The notes under the pieces are model-generated. The model was not told the origin of the DNA. It was given only the letters and a program-made list of their open reading frames with translations, and made no database searches. A stretch of 60,530 nucleotides of DNA, the filler included, from Aduncisulcus paluster (Eukaryota), in NCBI GenBank assembly GCA_024181965.1. It is 5 parts of 5 records of this genome, joined end to end, with 100 filler letters (N's around TTAATTAATTAA, not from the genome) between each part and the next. Parts side by side here need not be neighbours in the genome. Positions count along the whole stretch, not along the records: positions 30,035 to 39,666 come from BQXS01010828.1; positions 39,767 to 51,293 come from BQXS01010829.1; 3 more parts are not named here. One strand, given 5' to 3'. Every line of letters begins with the position of its first letter. Position 1 is the first letter of the stretch. Positions 32,627 through 45,515 of the stretch are shown here, in pieces. The translations under genes were made by a program, and so were the position numbers.

Positions 32627-33679
32627 TTAATCCATCTCATCCAAACTCCCTTCATCTTCCATTCCAAAATGATCACTTGATTGGGTTATATCCCCACCTT
32701 TATCAAGCAGAGAACCATCCCATGATATTCCTCCCCATTCAGAACCACCAGCGAAATCAGCATCAGCCTCCATATCTTCTTTTCTATCGAGTGATTCGAA
32801 TCCAGCATCCATTTCCTCATCCGCACCATAATCTACGCATCTATCCACACTCAAAATAACACGATTAATACTATCAACATCATCCCAATTCAGTGGGAAC
32901 AGTCCAACGAGAGAAAATTCAGTTACCACGTCACTCACTGCCGATGAAAGGGGAGCCAAATGAGGGCTCTCCATGGCAGCCTCAGCGGAGAGAACAGAAG
33001 GATCAGGGAACAAGAAAGAATCGAGATCATCGGTAGACATAGATTCAGGTAATAGATCACATTTCGAAAGAACGGTTACATGCGGAGTACTAAGAGCAAC
33101 CATCGTCGAAATAACTGACAAAACAGATGCCAAAAAGTCTAATTTACGGGCTACAGCACGCGATGAATCAACGAGATAGACAGTAACAACTCTATATCCT
33201 TTTTGTTCTAGAATGCGACAAAACTTTTCCATCACGGGAATATGAGTGTATAACTCTACTTGGCCTGGGCAATCAATAATCAAATAATCATCTGAGAAAT
33301 CATCGAGAACTTCATCAAGCCAATCGGTGGACATAATAAGATATTCAACAGCCTCAACAAGAGCTCCATTGGGCCCGAGGCTACATTCCTCCATCACATC
33401 ATCAACCATTACAAGATCCCTAATATCAATAGACGGCTCATATCCAAGTTCTTCCGCAGCAGGATCCAAATTAAACATATGAACAAATTTCCTCTTTATG
33501 GATTGAAGATGTTCATACATTTTTCGACAATATGTGGTCTAAATTTTAATAATATTCACCAATAATAAACAAAAGTCAGTAGAATAACATCTAGTGAAAA
33601 CAAATCATTCAATAGCTGATCACAAACATACCTTCCCACTTCCAGCAGGACCAACAACTAATTGAGCATATTTTCCCAT
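32627..33679 (-). CDS. GPN3: GPN-loop GTPase 3 (intron 33539-33631)
   Basis: Spliced MGKYAQLVVGPAGSGK|TTYC, then NLDPAAE, LGPNGAL, DCPGQVELYTH, LSKCDL. Confidence 0.93.
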
Positions 33680-34068
33680 AATATAAAATATTTAGATTGA
33701 TTTAAATATATAGCACCTGGTCAACAATTCTCTAGTATGGGAATTGACTTCAAAAAAGATGATTACTTTCCCCAGATTCAAAGACAGTATATCCAGCATT
33801 ATAATAGATGATTATATATTCTACATATAGTTTTACTCCATTTATTCATTTTAAATACTTATTTCAATCTCTATATGAAGAGTTGCTGAGTTCGAAAATT
33901 GTTCGACAGCTATCTTCGCAATGCGTTCTAATTTCAATTAAAATAAAATGATAATTAGGACAATAGATTCCAGTTCAACCTAAGAAATCCCTTAAAATAG
34001 ACCTGTAATATCCTAGAAGAAGATTTATGGTTGAATCCTGAATTGTGTGCAATAATATAAAAAATCTC

Positions 34069-34759
34069 ATGGGAAGCACAGAGTCAACTTTGTCTGAGGC
34101 TGAACTTGACGAATTACAACATTCTACCAATTGTATGTTATGTTTTTAATTGCCTGTCCCATCCCTCTCGTATTTTCTCGTATTTTAACTTTTCGTTGTT
34201 TTCTTTTATTATTATCATTTTAATACACACTTTTACTTTGGCTTTTTGGATTGATCTCGTATAATATTTTTGATATTCAATCCGAACAGTCACTCCCACC
34301 GAAATCAGACGTCTATATAAAAGATTTAGAAAATTAGATAAAGATGATAGTGGTGCTATTACAACCGATGAGTTTATGATGATCCCCGAACTCTCGATGA
34401 ATCCGCTTGCCCCTCGAACTATCGCCCTGTTCGATACCGATCATGATGATGCTGTAAACTTCAAAGAATTCATTGAAGCATTGTCTGTCTTCTCTGTCAG
34501 AGGGGCGAAAAGGGAAAAACTGCAATTTGCCTTCAAAATCTATGATCTAGACAAGGATGGTTACATTTCCAACAAAGATCTCTTTTTGGTTGTGAAAACC
34601 ATGGTTGGAAGTAATTTAACAGAAGTTCAACTTCAACAGATTGTTGATAAAACCATATTAGAGGCAGATTTGGATGGTGATGGAAAAATTAGTTTTGATG
34701 AGTTTTGTAAGGTCTTAGAGGCAACTGATCTTGCTGCCAAATTGTCCATTAAATTATAA
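34069..34759 (+). CDS. CNB1: Calcineurin B regulatory subunit (intron 34133-34289)
   Basis: Myristoylation-type start MGSTES; spliced ...[56 protein letters not shown]; four EF-hands. Confidence 0.95.
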
Positions 34760-34996
34760 AAAAGTATAACTGCAATTATTTCGTTTTTTTTAAGGGGGTT
34801 TTCTTGTGAATTTGATATTTCTCCTCGTCTTATTTCCTCGGCCATGTAATATTCAAGTTATATAAATAACAAATAAATTAGAATATTTCTATCTTTTTCT
34901 CACATTAATTACTTCATATTTCTGTAAAATACTATTAGTAAAAAGTTTTTACTAAAAACAACAAAAAGAGGGCACATGAGCGGAGGCAGATAACAT

Positions 34997-36175
34997 TTAT
35001 TTAAGTTTACTTGCTATATTTTCCAATTTTTTGTCAAAACGCCCAAATAACTCCAAAACGATTGCCTCATCAGTCTTCCGGCTTTCTTCAGCTTTCTCCA
35101 CCATTCTGGATAGATCTCCAATATCTTTGACGCCAGAATGGATTTTTTTCTCAATATCACCAACGCTAAACACAGCTTTTGATACTGATTTGTGCAATTG
35201 GGCGAGTGATTCGTAACGAGAAACGATAGACTCCAGGGAATCAACAGAAACAACATCAAGAGTACTAACCAACTCATCAATCTTTGATTCAAGGTCAGGG
35301 TTCAAACTATCCCTGAACTTATTTGTATATTGGAGATGATCGGTGGAATGTGTTTTGATCTTTTGGCATGCTTCACCAATATCTTCAGCTTTCAATACAC
35401 GAATTCTTTCCTCTAATTTCTTCAGTCGTTTGTATAATGACACCGAATCGGAGCTTGTTGGACGCCCGAGAGTTGTTTCAAGCCTATCTACACGTTTTTC
35501 TAAATTCATAATAAGTTGACTCGTTTCAGAATCAACTTGCAAATGATGCATATGTGATGACGAAGATGCCTGAAACTTTTGTTTTTCCTCTTTGTGAGGA
35601 GGGGTACTAAGAATTGCTGTCAATTCACTCGATTCCTTTAATAAGAGTTCAAGTCTCTTCTTTTTATCTTCAACAGAGCGACTTTCAGGAACAACTTCAT
35701 CATCGACTTTATCAATAATTCTTGATTTATCTAAACTCCTTTTGGCACTTAAGATGTCCCTAAGTGATGTATACCCGGTTAAAGACACACCAACAGAATC
35801 TTCAGCTTCTGTTGGGTGAATTCTATTTTTCCAAAGTTTTTTCGCCGAAGCAACATCTTTGGATTCAGCAAACCGAATTTTTGAATCAGGAGTTTCTTCA
35901 ATTATCCGTTTTAGATGTTGATAAAACACAATATCAATTGGGGGAACTTTCTCTTCTATTTTCAAATTTTCTATTTCCAATTTCTTTGATTTTTTTGTCT
36001 TGAAAACTTTCTATTACATAATAATCCAAATATTGAGTCAAATATGTTAGATATGACCACTCACAGCTGTGTCTTGAAAAAAACAAATAAATCAACAACG
36101 TACAAGTTCTCTTTGATGTATTATAGGCTCTGCTTCAAGATGTAAAGTTTCAACTTCATCATCTATGATATCCAT
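34997..36175 (-). CDS. Coiled-coil protein, dynamitin (dynactin p50)-like (intron 36011-36103)
   Basis: Exon 1 MDIIDDE...REL|gtacgt...tag| joins ORF 34997-35980 in frame. LEKRVDRLETTLG, KIDEL and IVSRYESLAQLH resemble DCTN2. Confidence 0.6.
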
Positions 36176-36208
36176 ATTCGTTTTCTGCACAAACCCAAGG
36201 AGGTCAGG

Positions 36209-38823
36209 ATGCCAGTTAATGTTCAAGGCTTAATATCTGTACTTTCTACTGTACTACCTTCTGGTGGCTTTCCTTCGGTTAAAAGGTTAATAGATCATGA
36301 GCTAACAACCTTTTTTTCTTATGTATGTTTTCAGTCGTAATCCAGAGTTCATAATCCAATTTTACTGTTATTTTATTCCTTACTATTTCATTTGATGTCT
36401 GGTATACCTTTTTATCTCATTTTCTTCATTCCCTTAGCCTATCAAGGATTCAGTTGATAAAGACAAATTACGGTTTATGATTTCTTTATCCATTGCTTTA
36501 GAAGAAATTCAACCTCAATTTGAGGCTGCCATGAAGCAAGGACCCGGTCAAATGCTTGAATTTAATGCTCAGGCCGATTCGCTGATACTAGAGGCATTTG
36601 GAAAGGCATTAAAATCCCCAAAGTGCTCCCGAGAAGCTATAGATGCCCTTGTCAATCCCGGAAAACCGTTGGAGGCCAAGTCTGTTGAAGCTCTGGCTAA
36701 ATACATTTTGCAACTTCAAGAATTAAAATCAGCAGATGAATCCTCCGTTAATGGTATTGTTGTTCTTGCTGGGGCTGGAATATCAGTATCAGCAGGTATT
36801 CCTGACTTTAGGAGTGAAAATGGACTTTACTCGTTAATTAAAGGGAAATATGTTATGGACGATCCCACAGACATGTTTTCGCTTCCATTTTTCCTTAAAA
36901 ATCCCCTCCCATTCTATGATATTCTTTCATCTCTTCTCCCCTTTAAGCATACCCCAACACCAGCCCACCATTTCCTCGCTTTATTGGAGCAAAAGGGTCT
37001 TATCTCACGAATTTATACTCAAAATATCGATCATCTTGAAGAGATTGCCGGAGTTTCTGTGTCTAAATCGCTTCAGTGTCATGGTAGTTTTCATAAGGCC
37101 AAATGTGCTTCAAAATCATGTAATGCACCGATCCCTCCCCTTGCATGTTTCATTGCTGCTGAGACTAAAGTTCCTTGCCAATGTCCATGCTGTGGATGCC
37201 CAGCAAAACCTCAAATTGTCTTTTTCACAGAGGATCTCCCAGATCACTTTTATTTGAATGCTCCTCATGATTGCCGGACGAGTGAGCTTTGTATGGTGAT
37301 GGGAACTAGTTTACAGGTCCTTCCTTTCTCTGAATTAGTGACTTTCTTTGATGAAGATGTCCCTCGTGTCCAGGTCAACCTCGACTGTGTTGAGACGGTC
37401 AATGGCCATCGTGAGTTTGAGTTTGGCAGTATATTTAATAATAGGGACCTGTTTTTGGGCGGATATGCTGATGATTCTGTTTGGAGTATTGCTCGTGCCT
37501 TAGGATGGGACGAAGAGCTTCGTACAAGTATTGAAGAGGGTGTCAAGCGTTTAGAAAAGATCAAAAAGGAAGGAGTATGCGTGAAGAAAGGAAAAGAGAT
37601 GCTGACAAACACCGTTTCAACAACAACTTCAACTTCATCATCTTCGACTTCAACTGGGATGCCTCAATCCACTACTGAGAGTGAGACATCTGTGTGTATC
37701 AAGTCGGAAATATGCCGTATTCACCCTGACGTTCTCCCTGACTCCCAGGTACTCATTCCTGTTGCCCTATTAACACCCTCGCTCACCCCTCCAAACTCTG
37801 CTCATGTGCAAGTAGTCTCCGAGACTAAGATTCGTGCATATGAGGACAGTGCAGGGAACTATTTCACATGTGCACACGATGAATGTAAGTCTGTCAATGG
37901 GTCTAGTTCTTTCAATGGAGGAGCTGAGGAAGGGGAAGAGGAAGAGGAAGAAGAGGAAAAGGATGAATACCACGACATGTTCTTCCCTCCTCCCCCTCCT
38001 CCTGATGTGGGAATTATCTTCTGTACTCCTCAGCAACTCACTCTCCTTCAAACACACACTCACGGCACTGTAACCCGTGAACGAGTTGAAGTGATAGTGT
38101 GGACTTCTGTATCCACAGATGATGAAATATCTGCTTCAGCTTCTTCTGCCGAATCGATGGCTTCAAATCCTAATTTAGGACACCCCTTGTTCGGCTTGCC
38201 TCTTTCTAAAGAGAAAAAGTCAACAACTGTCAGCTCCGATAAACCTTCTCAATCGTCTAAATATAGTGTGAATGGTTATGATTCACTTCGATGCGTTCTT
38301 AATCATGTCGCTTCTGATCGCTACACTGAGTTTTCTGATGTTTCTGCAAAACCTTCCAAAGGTTTCAGAATCATCTGTAATTTGCTTGAAATCCCATCTC
38401 CATCTTCCCCTTCATATCACTCTCATCTTCACTCATCTATCTCTCCATCCTCTTCCTCTGCAAGCTTTACTTCCTCTTCTCCTTCAAAGGCTTCATCCAA
38501 AATGGACAATGGTGGAAGTAGTAACACAAACAATACAAATAATGGAACCGATCCCATTATATCTACTCATGGGAATAATCATTCTATTAATTCCACCAGT
38601 GTTACTTTCCGTGTGGTGAAAGGAAGCAGAACTTCAGGATCGGATATTCCATCGTGCAGAATAGATGATGTCGTGGAGAGACATGATGCTTCAGAAGATA
38701 AGGAGACACAAGAAGAGGTGAAGGAAGAAGAAGAGAAGAAGAAGGTTATTGAAGGAAACAATGATGTATATACTGCGAAGGAAGAAGAAGACGAAGAGGA
38801 GGAAGAGGATGAAGATTTCGTTC

Positions 38824-38881
<58 letters not shown>

Positions 38882-39666
38882 AGAGGAAGAGAGAGCCAAA
38901 GCTGGTACTTCACAAGTGCATGTCAATATACTCTCCGCTGAACAAGACCAACCCTTAGTTCGTCCCTGTAGAGCTTCAAAGCCCAAAGAAGGAGCTATTC
39001 TTTCTGACCCTACTCCCCCTACTTCCGGCAATCTTTCACCCATTCCCTTCTCTCTCGTTCCTTGTGCTAACCAGAGCATTATCTGGGATTGGGTCGATCG
39101 GGAGAAAGAGAGAGAGGAGAGAGAGGAGATGATTGCCATTGCTTCGATGGAAAGGAAGAGGAAGAAGGTCCTCTTGATGGAAAAGGAAGAGGAAGAAGGG
39201 AAGGAGAAAGCAGTAGAGAAAGGAGAAGAGAAGCAGAAAGAACACGATGAAACACCACAATGGCCACCAGATACCATTGCTAAGGCAGACAGCCTTGCTG
39301 AGGCATCATCCAGAGGCGATAAAGAATCACATTTGGCCAAGGATGAAGAGGAAGGTACAGATGCCGAAGAAGAAGAAGAGGAGGAAGAGGAGGAGAGTGG
39401 AGCAGCACAGATGTGGGCTCATGCCGATGAGGAGGAAGAAGAGGAAGAGGAAGAGGAAGAACAACATCACGAGGGAGTCCATGGAAATGAGAAGGAAGAA
39501 GATGAGAAGGAAGAAGATGAGAAGGAAGAATCGTCCAAAAATAGTGAAGACATGATCACGGAGGCAGCTTCCAAGTTTGGGGCTCTGTTTGGTATCTCTG
39601 CAGACGAGGAAGACGAGGAGGATGAAGATTTCAATGGTATGGAAATGATGGAAGATGGTATGGGTG
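36209..39666 (+). CDS. Class I sirtuin (SIRT2/Hst2-like) with long acidic low-complexity extension (intron 36323-36437; 3' truncated)
   Basis: GAGISVSAGIPDFRS, PTPAHHF, YTQNIDHLE, HGS, Zn-binding Cys pairs, KPQIVFF, MGTSLQVLPF. A 38-codon upstream exon splices in frame. Confidence 0.92.
38777..38890 (+). repeat. GAA/GAG microsatellite encoding poly-Glu
   Basis: Visible (GAR)n run inside the sirtuin ORF. Confidence 0.9.
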
Positions 39667-39766
39667 NNNNNNNNNNNNNNNNNNNNNNNNNNNNNNNNNN
39701 NNNNNNNNNNTTAATTAATTAANNNNNNNNNNNNNNNNNNNNNNNNNNNNNNNNNNNNNNNNNNNN
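39667..39766. other. Artificial contig linker
   Basis: 44 N + TTAATTAATTAA + 44 N. Confidence 0.98.
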
Positions 39767-40329
39767 ATACCAAACGATTCAGGGTGGGCCTTAACCTCGT
39801 CCCTGATCGCAATCATGTCGTCAATCTCAGTTAAGGCCTGTTTCATTACGAACGTCAAATCATCCTTCTTCCCGGCAGTTTTGGCCTCAGAAGAGACGCG
39901 ATCGGCCAATCTGGGAATCTTTATCCCCGCAATAAAACGTTTCACAAGGGATTCGCCGTCACCAAAGTCCGGATTCAGTTGAACAGTCTCCTTAAACCTG
40001 GCGATGTAATAAATCAGTTTTGATTGATCTAATACCGAAAGAGACAGTTTATCTAGCTCGTCAAAGAAGGCTTGAGTTGATGTTGATCCAAACTTCTGAT
40101 CCAAGAGCTTCTTTAGTTCACCGGCTTCAAACCCCTCTGACGTGTCTGAGATGCCAGCAGTTAAGAAAAGGGTTTCCAGTAAACACGGTTCAATAAGGGT
40201 AATCCAGCTGGCCTGGCCACCGCGGGCCTTGTACACGGCAAATTCTCGATGGAACAGAAACCAGGATTTCCGATCGAATTTCTTCAAAAAAGGTGCTGCT
40301 AATAGCACGCTGTTTCCATTTGTACTCAT
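39767..40329 (-). mobile_element. Retrotransposon gag-like ORF, N-terminal part (truncated at contig end)
   Basis: MSTNGN...WFLFHREFAVY...LKKLLDQKFG...YIARFKE...LVKRFIAGIKIPRL has a capsid/gag-like motif order. Higher GC than flanks, and it sits at a contig end. No pol or LTR visible. Confidence 0.55.
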
Positions 40330-40485
40330 AGCAAGAGTATTAATACTGTTAACTTGGTACAATTTATTAAAGTAAATCGGAGCAATATAATCTATAAATA
40401 GAACATGAGAAATACATGTAAAAACGATAACAAACAATAACAAATACGTCGTGGTGATCCAATAATTATTGATCCTGCATTTGAA

Positions 40486-42354
40486 ATGGTGAAGGTGAAG
40501 AATTCTTCCGTGAGTAAGGAATCTGAGGAATATGACAAAACTTTGCAATTACAAAAATTCCTTAGGAGTGGGAAGCATGATGATAATTTCGATGTGTCCT
40601 TATCACATCTTTCTATCCCTTTCCCATCGCGTAGCCCTATGAAAGGTGCTTATATCTGTGTGAAAAAAGATGATAGTTCACCCTCTCTTCTCTTCACGTT
40701 CACTCTTTCTGATGGCACAAAAACGTTGAAGAAGTATGAATTCCAAAGACCAAAACATTTTGAGGCCTGGCACCTTCGGTATGAATGGCATTTCCTTCCT
40801 ATTGATTTACCAAATGTTGTTTTGTGTGAGATTCAAGGAAAAGGTACATGGAAAGAGAAAAACAGTCGATCTTTTCAAATCAACTCTCTTATTTTCATTC
40901 GAGGTGATGATATTCCTCCTCTTCCTTCCGATTCTTCCAAACTTATCAAATATGACTCCTTCACTCTCACTTCCTCTGCAACCATTACTCCTCAGTGCAT
41001 CATTGGTCATGGTGGATTTGGTGAGGTTCTTCTTGTCAAGGTTGAAGGTATTCCCATTCCTTGTGTTCTGAAGAAGATGCTCAAAATTGCAGATAAAAAA
41101 GTTGTAAAAGATTGTCGCAAGGAATTTAGAGTTCAAAGAAAGTTATTTAACAACCCCAAATGTTTCAATCGTATCCCTCGTCCTTTGTATATTCTTGATC
41201 TTCTTGATGCAGATTTGAAGGGTGAATATGGATTCCTTATGGAGTTTTGTATTGGAGGCAGTGTGAGTTCATTTGCCAAGAGATGGTGTGTTGTTGAGAA
41301 GTCTGAAAGTCAACTTCAAGGAGATGGAGAGGAAGAAGAAGAAGAATGTTCTTCTTCAGAAGAAGATAGTGATGATCACATAGATTTTGATCCCATGACA
41401 CTAAACCCTTTGAAAGTGAGTGCCTTGTGTGTTGGAATGATTGAGTGTCTTGATGATGTGTTCACTGCCAAACCAAACCTTACTCATCGAGATATTAAAC
41501 CTGACAACTTTCTTGTTCGTGTTGATCCTGATTCAAAGAAATGCACCGTGGTTCTCTCTGATCTTGGATTGGTCAAGATCTTAGATTCCATATCATCTTC
41601 AACAACTACCAAATCAAGTTCGTTTCAGCCCGTTGAGTTTGAAAAGAAAGAAAAAAAGGAAACTTCAAATCAAAACACATCTAAATGTGGAACTCTTGTG
41701 TACAATTCTTATGAAACCCTTTTAGCTGGCAAGCAATCTCAGAAGAGTGATGGATATTCTCTTGGAATGTCGATTCTCGCTTTATTCATATGTGACCATC
41801 CTTTTGTTTCCTTACCCATATTTAGAGAAGTTTTTAGAAAACACTTGGGGGATGACTTTATGATTATGAAAACTCTTATTAATTTGATGGAAAATAATAT
41901 GTGTCCGACTCTTCTTCAATCTCCTTTGTTTGGATCTTTATTAACAATTAAAGAAGGCATATTCCAACCTGTTCATGCATGTTTGAGTGAAGTATTCACA
42001 GGTTTAACCCAATTTCATATTGACAAACGTATGAGTGTGCACAGAGCTCGTGAGAGGGTGCAAAGCATCAAACATTTACTTCCTGTGATTGGAGAAGGAT
42101 TTGAATGTCCATCCGTTGAGGATATTATTGAAATGAATGGAAAGCTTCCAAATTACTCTCATTTTGACAGAATTGATTGTGTAAGACCATCTACACTGAG
42201 TATATTCCAAAGTACAGAGAAGGATTATCGGGATATCCCTTCATCTGAGCAATATCACGGTGATAGATCTTCAGATAGGTCCCAATCGAGCTCTATGTCA
42301 ACAATACAAAGTATGGTGAGTGATCGGGATATTTATTCGTTTGATGGAGCGTAG
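40486..42354 (+). CDS. Divergent protein kinase with an N-terminal lineage-specific ~150-aa domain; probably 5' truncated
   Basis: IGHGGFGEV, CVLKK, HRDIKPDN, DLG, GTLVYNSYE, SDGYSLG. N-terminal SHLSIPF..PMKGAYIC..KKYEF..EWHFLPIDL..VVLCEI.GKG domain. Confidence 0.88.
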   Translation: MVKVKNSSVSKESEEYDKTLQLQKFLRSGKHDDNFDVSLSHLSIPFPSRSPMKGAYICVKKDDSSPSLLFTFTLSDGTKTLKKYEFQRPKHFEAWHLRYEWHFLPIDLPNVVLCEIQGKGTWKEKNSRSFQINSLIFIRGDDIPPLPSDSSKLIKYDSFTLTSSATITPQCIIGHGGFGEVLLVKVEGIPIPCVLKKMLKIADKKVVKDCRKEFRVQRKLFNNPKCFNRIPRPLYILDLLDADLKGEYGFLMEFCIGGSVSSFAKRWCVVEKSESQLQGDGEEEEEECSSSEEDSDDHIDFDPMTLNPLKVSALCVGMIECLDDVFTAKPNLTHRDIKPDNFLVRVDPDSKKCTVVLSDLGLVKILDSISSSTTTKSSSFQPVEFEKKEKKETSNQNTSKCGTLVYNSYETLLAGKQSQKSDGYSLGMSILALFICDHPFVSLPIFREVFRKHLGDDFMIMKTLINLMENNMCPTLLQSPLFGSLLTIKEGIFQPVHACLSEVFTGLTQFHIDKRMSVHRARERVQSIKHLLPVIGEGFECPSVEDIIEMNGKLPNYSHFDRIDCVRPSTLSIFQSTEKDYRDIPSSEQYHGDRSSDRSQSSSMSTIQSMVSDRDIYSFDGA

Positions 42355-42462
42355 GATGAATTATGACATCATCTCATTGCCATGGAATCTGACGAATATA
42401 TCATTTATTATAAATGTTTTGAATGTCGAAAAGAACAATCGTGTTCTTCGATTCTGTCATAA

Positions 42463-43747
42463 TTATTCTGACTCAGATGAGTCCTCACTGAGCACTGTTC
42501 CCATAATAAGCTGCATAGCTATTTCTGCCAACCTTTGCATATCTTGAACACATTGTTCTCCAACATTAGCAGAGGAGAACATAAGAGAAGATATCAAAAA
42601 ATTCCTACTATACTTGTCAAACCAAGTTCCTTTTCCTTGAACCTCACATAAAACAACATTATCCAAGTCAATAGGCAGGAAATCCCATTCAAATTCCCAA
42701 CTTTCAGGACGTGTGAAATCATATTTCTTGTATGTCTTCTTCCCATCGCAATCAGTGAAAGTAAATAGGAGAGAAGGTGAACCAAAATTCTTGTGTGTAC
42801 ATATATACGCACCTTTGAGGGTGCTTGGAGTTGGAAAAGGGATAGATATATGAGACAAAAGAACACCGAAATTTTCTTCGCGAAGCATTGCCTGAACTTT
42901 TGAACTTATATCATATCCATCCGATCCCTTACAAACTGCTTCATCTGTTGCTTTAACTGCTAAGAAAGAGGGAAGAACTTTTGATGGAGTGAAATTAACG
43001 GGAATTGGACGTCTAGGTTTCCGTTCTTTCTGGATCAATTGGATTTTCTCAAGAGACTATAACAATAAAACAATAATGATTGAACAATGAATTAATTTAT
43101 GATTTAATAAGAAAAAAATGTTATCAATAATACAATTCTAATAAGGATATACATACTGCTTCTGCCCAGAGTTCTTCAAGAACCTTTTCTTTAGCCACAC
43201 GCGTATCGAATTCTTCCGGCGTTTCTTCTCGAACAAAAAAGAGGGATTGAAGCGAAAAATCCCTATCAACTCCTTGTAAACCTTGTAACCATCCTTGACC
43301 AGTAATTTCACATCGAATAACATCAGAAAGTCCAATTGGGAGGAAATACCAAGAGGATTCACCAAGAGTAGGTGCATATTTCTTGGATATTTTCTCCCTT
43401 TTTGAAGAAGTCAAAGTTAATGTAAGATATTGACCATGATCTTGATCATAGATATAGGCTCCTTTGATTGGAACAGAAGATTCGAAAGGAATGGAAATAT
43501 GGGTATATTTTTCACTTGTAATAAACGGTTGTGTAATCATTTTTTGTGCATTGGAACTCAGATCATACCTTTCATCACTTTTTTCAAAGTTTTCATTTCT
43601 CCCCTCAATACCAGCTATGGATGGGGGCTGAACGGTTGGAGAATCTCTAGGAATTGGAATTGAACCTATAAATCCTCTGTGAATAAAAACTGGTTCAATA
43701 GAATGATCTTCAAAACCTGCAAGAACGATTTTAACGGAACGGCTCAT
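42463..43747 (-). CDS. Protein with two copies of the ~150-aa domain (intron 43057-43156)
   Basis: LWAEA|gtatgt...ttatag|SLEKIQLIQ joins ORFs 43124-43747 and 42463-43038 in frame. Each half has HISIPF..KGAYI..KKY..W.FLPI.L..V..CE. Confidence 0.8.
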
Positions 43748-44567
43748 AGGGATTTTGATTCACAAGAGTCTGAAGGAAAAAAACAAAAATAAGTTGAATT
43801 GGATATAACGGTTAAAAAATAGAGGATAATAAAATGACATTGTTGTCATACATTAAATTTTGATTGCAAGAAAAATGGCTTCTTTCAATGTTTGTCAAAC
43901 TCTCTCCTGAGGAAAAAACTCAAAATCCACCTAAGGATTTTTAAGATGTATTTGGATAGTTCTTATTCATTTGTTTTTTACTTATGGAAAAATGATAAGA
44001 TCCATTCGACAAGAACAATTCTTTCCATAACACCGTATCCCTCATAGTTCACAAGATTTGCCACAATATTTATAAGTAAAAAATCAATATCAATATAATG
44101 GAATTTATTTTACTCTTGATCTCATAATTTTCCTATTTGAAGCGTCTTTTTCCAATATTATCATGATTGTGGAAATTTTGAAATATTAAATTAATGAAAA
44201 CCGAATATATTTTGTGATGTGATCCAATTTTCAATAATTTTTCAAATATATTTTAAGATATTAGTGAACTTGATTCTTTCCTTGTAGATACCTGAAATTA
44301 ATCGATTTTCAAGCCAAGACAGCTGTTAACAACATCCTTAAATCTCAAAAACCTCTGTATATTTCTCAAGAGTGTATTTTCCCCCATTTTATTTTTCGTT
44401 TATTCATCATTTATAACTAGATACATAGTATGAATCATTTTTCTAATTATTTATACACTGGTTAATCCCCTATTTAAAGTATTTAAATCGAAATCTTAGT
44501 TATGATGAGAAGAAAAGACAAAAACACACAGACTCTTGGTTATTTCTCTTTATTTCACAATTTATTT

Positions 44568-45515
44568 TCAGAATACAGGTGAAAATATTCTTGATCCTGA
44601 AGTTTGTGCTTCTCTTGAAGTTAAAGGAATGAATACAACTCCAATCCCAATGGATTGAATCACGCGAAATGGAGAAATGACACCATCATGAAGTTGGGTT
44701 CCAATTTGTACGACCCCTTCCCTTGCTCTTGAAGTTGAAAGTTTATCTTGCATAGTCTTTACACTTAATTTACCTGACCGAAACTTTGCATGGATGTCTT
44801 CGTGGGTTGTTCCGATCTCAGCTTCCACAGATGTACCGGAAGGAAGTGACTCTTTGTGATATAACATCATTGAAGTTCCATGGGGAGTTATTACGGGTGC
44901 AATCAAACGACCCTTGAAATTCATCTGAGATAATAAAACACGAATTACAGGAATTTCTGTCTCCGCTCCTACGACAATAGCATCGAATCCATTCGATGGG
45001 ACATATTCCGATGGTGCGCCTTTCCTCCCATCACAACAGACAAATCGAATGTTGGAAGGAATAGTGTGAAACTGACGGATCATGTTTTGTTTTGATTGCT
45101 CTATCAACTCTGGAATGTGATCCAAAGCCACAACATATCCCGTCGAGTCTTCAGGCTTAGCATTTTTTGAAAGATCTGCCAATAGTTTTGAGAAAACGGC
45201 ACTTAGATAACCACTACCAGATCCAACATCCAGTATCTTGCTAGAACTAGAAAGCAATAGGCTGTCATGCCTCGAAGAAACTTGGTCAATGCATAATGCA
45301 TGAATATTCGGGGCACTAATTGTGGCACCATGACCAATTGGAAGAGGCTGAATCGAATAGACCGAGGAAGAGAAAGACGATGGAGATGGACCTGGAGAAA
45401 GGGATGGAGGGACAAAGTTTGCACGATCAATATCAGAGAAAGCAGAAAATACATGTCGATTTTGCAGGTGGCCAGATCTCCGCAAAGATTTTGCCATAGA
45501 AAGTTGGGAGAGCAT
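44568..45515 (-). CDS. PCMT1: Protein-L-isoaspartate O-methyltransferase
   Basis: DRANF, QPLPIGHGATISAPNIHA, ILDVGSGSGYL, DHIPELIEQS, DGRKG, FDAIVVGA, GRLIAPV, FIPLT. Confidence 0.92.
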   Translation of the reverse strand: MLSQLSMAKSLRRSGHLQNRHVFSAFSDIDRANFVPPSLSPGPSPSSFSSSVYSIQPLPIGHGATISAPNIHALCIDQVSSRHDSLLLSSSSKILDVGSGSGYLSAVFSKLLADLSKNAKPEDSTGYVVALDHIPELIEQSKQNMIRQFHTIPSNIRFVCCDGRKGAPSEYVPSNGFDAIVVGAETEIPVIRVLLSQMNFKGRLIAPVITPHGTSMMLYHKESLPSGTSVEAEIGTTHEDIHAKFRSGKLSVKTMQDKLSTSRAREGVVQIGTQLHDGVISPFRVIQSIGIGVVFIPLTSREAQTSGSRIFSPVF

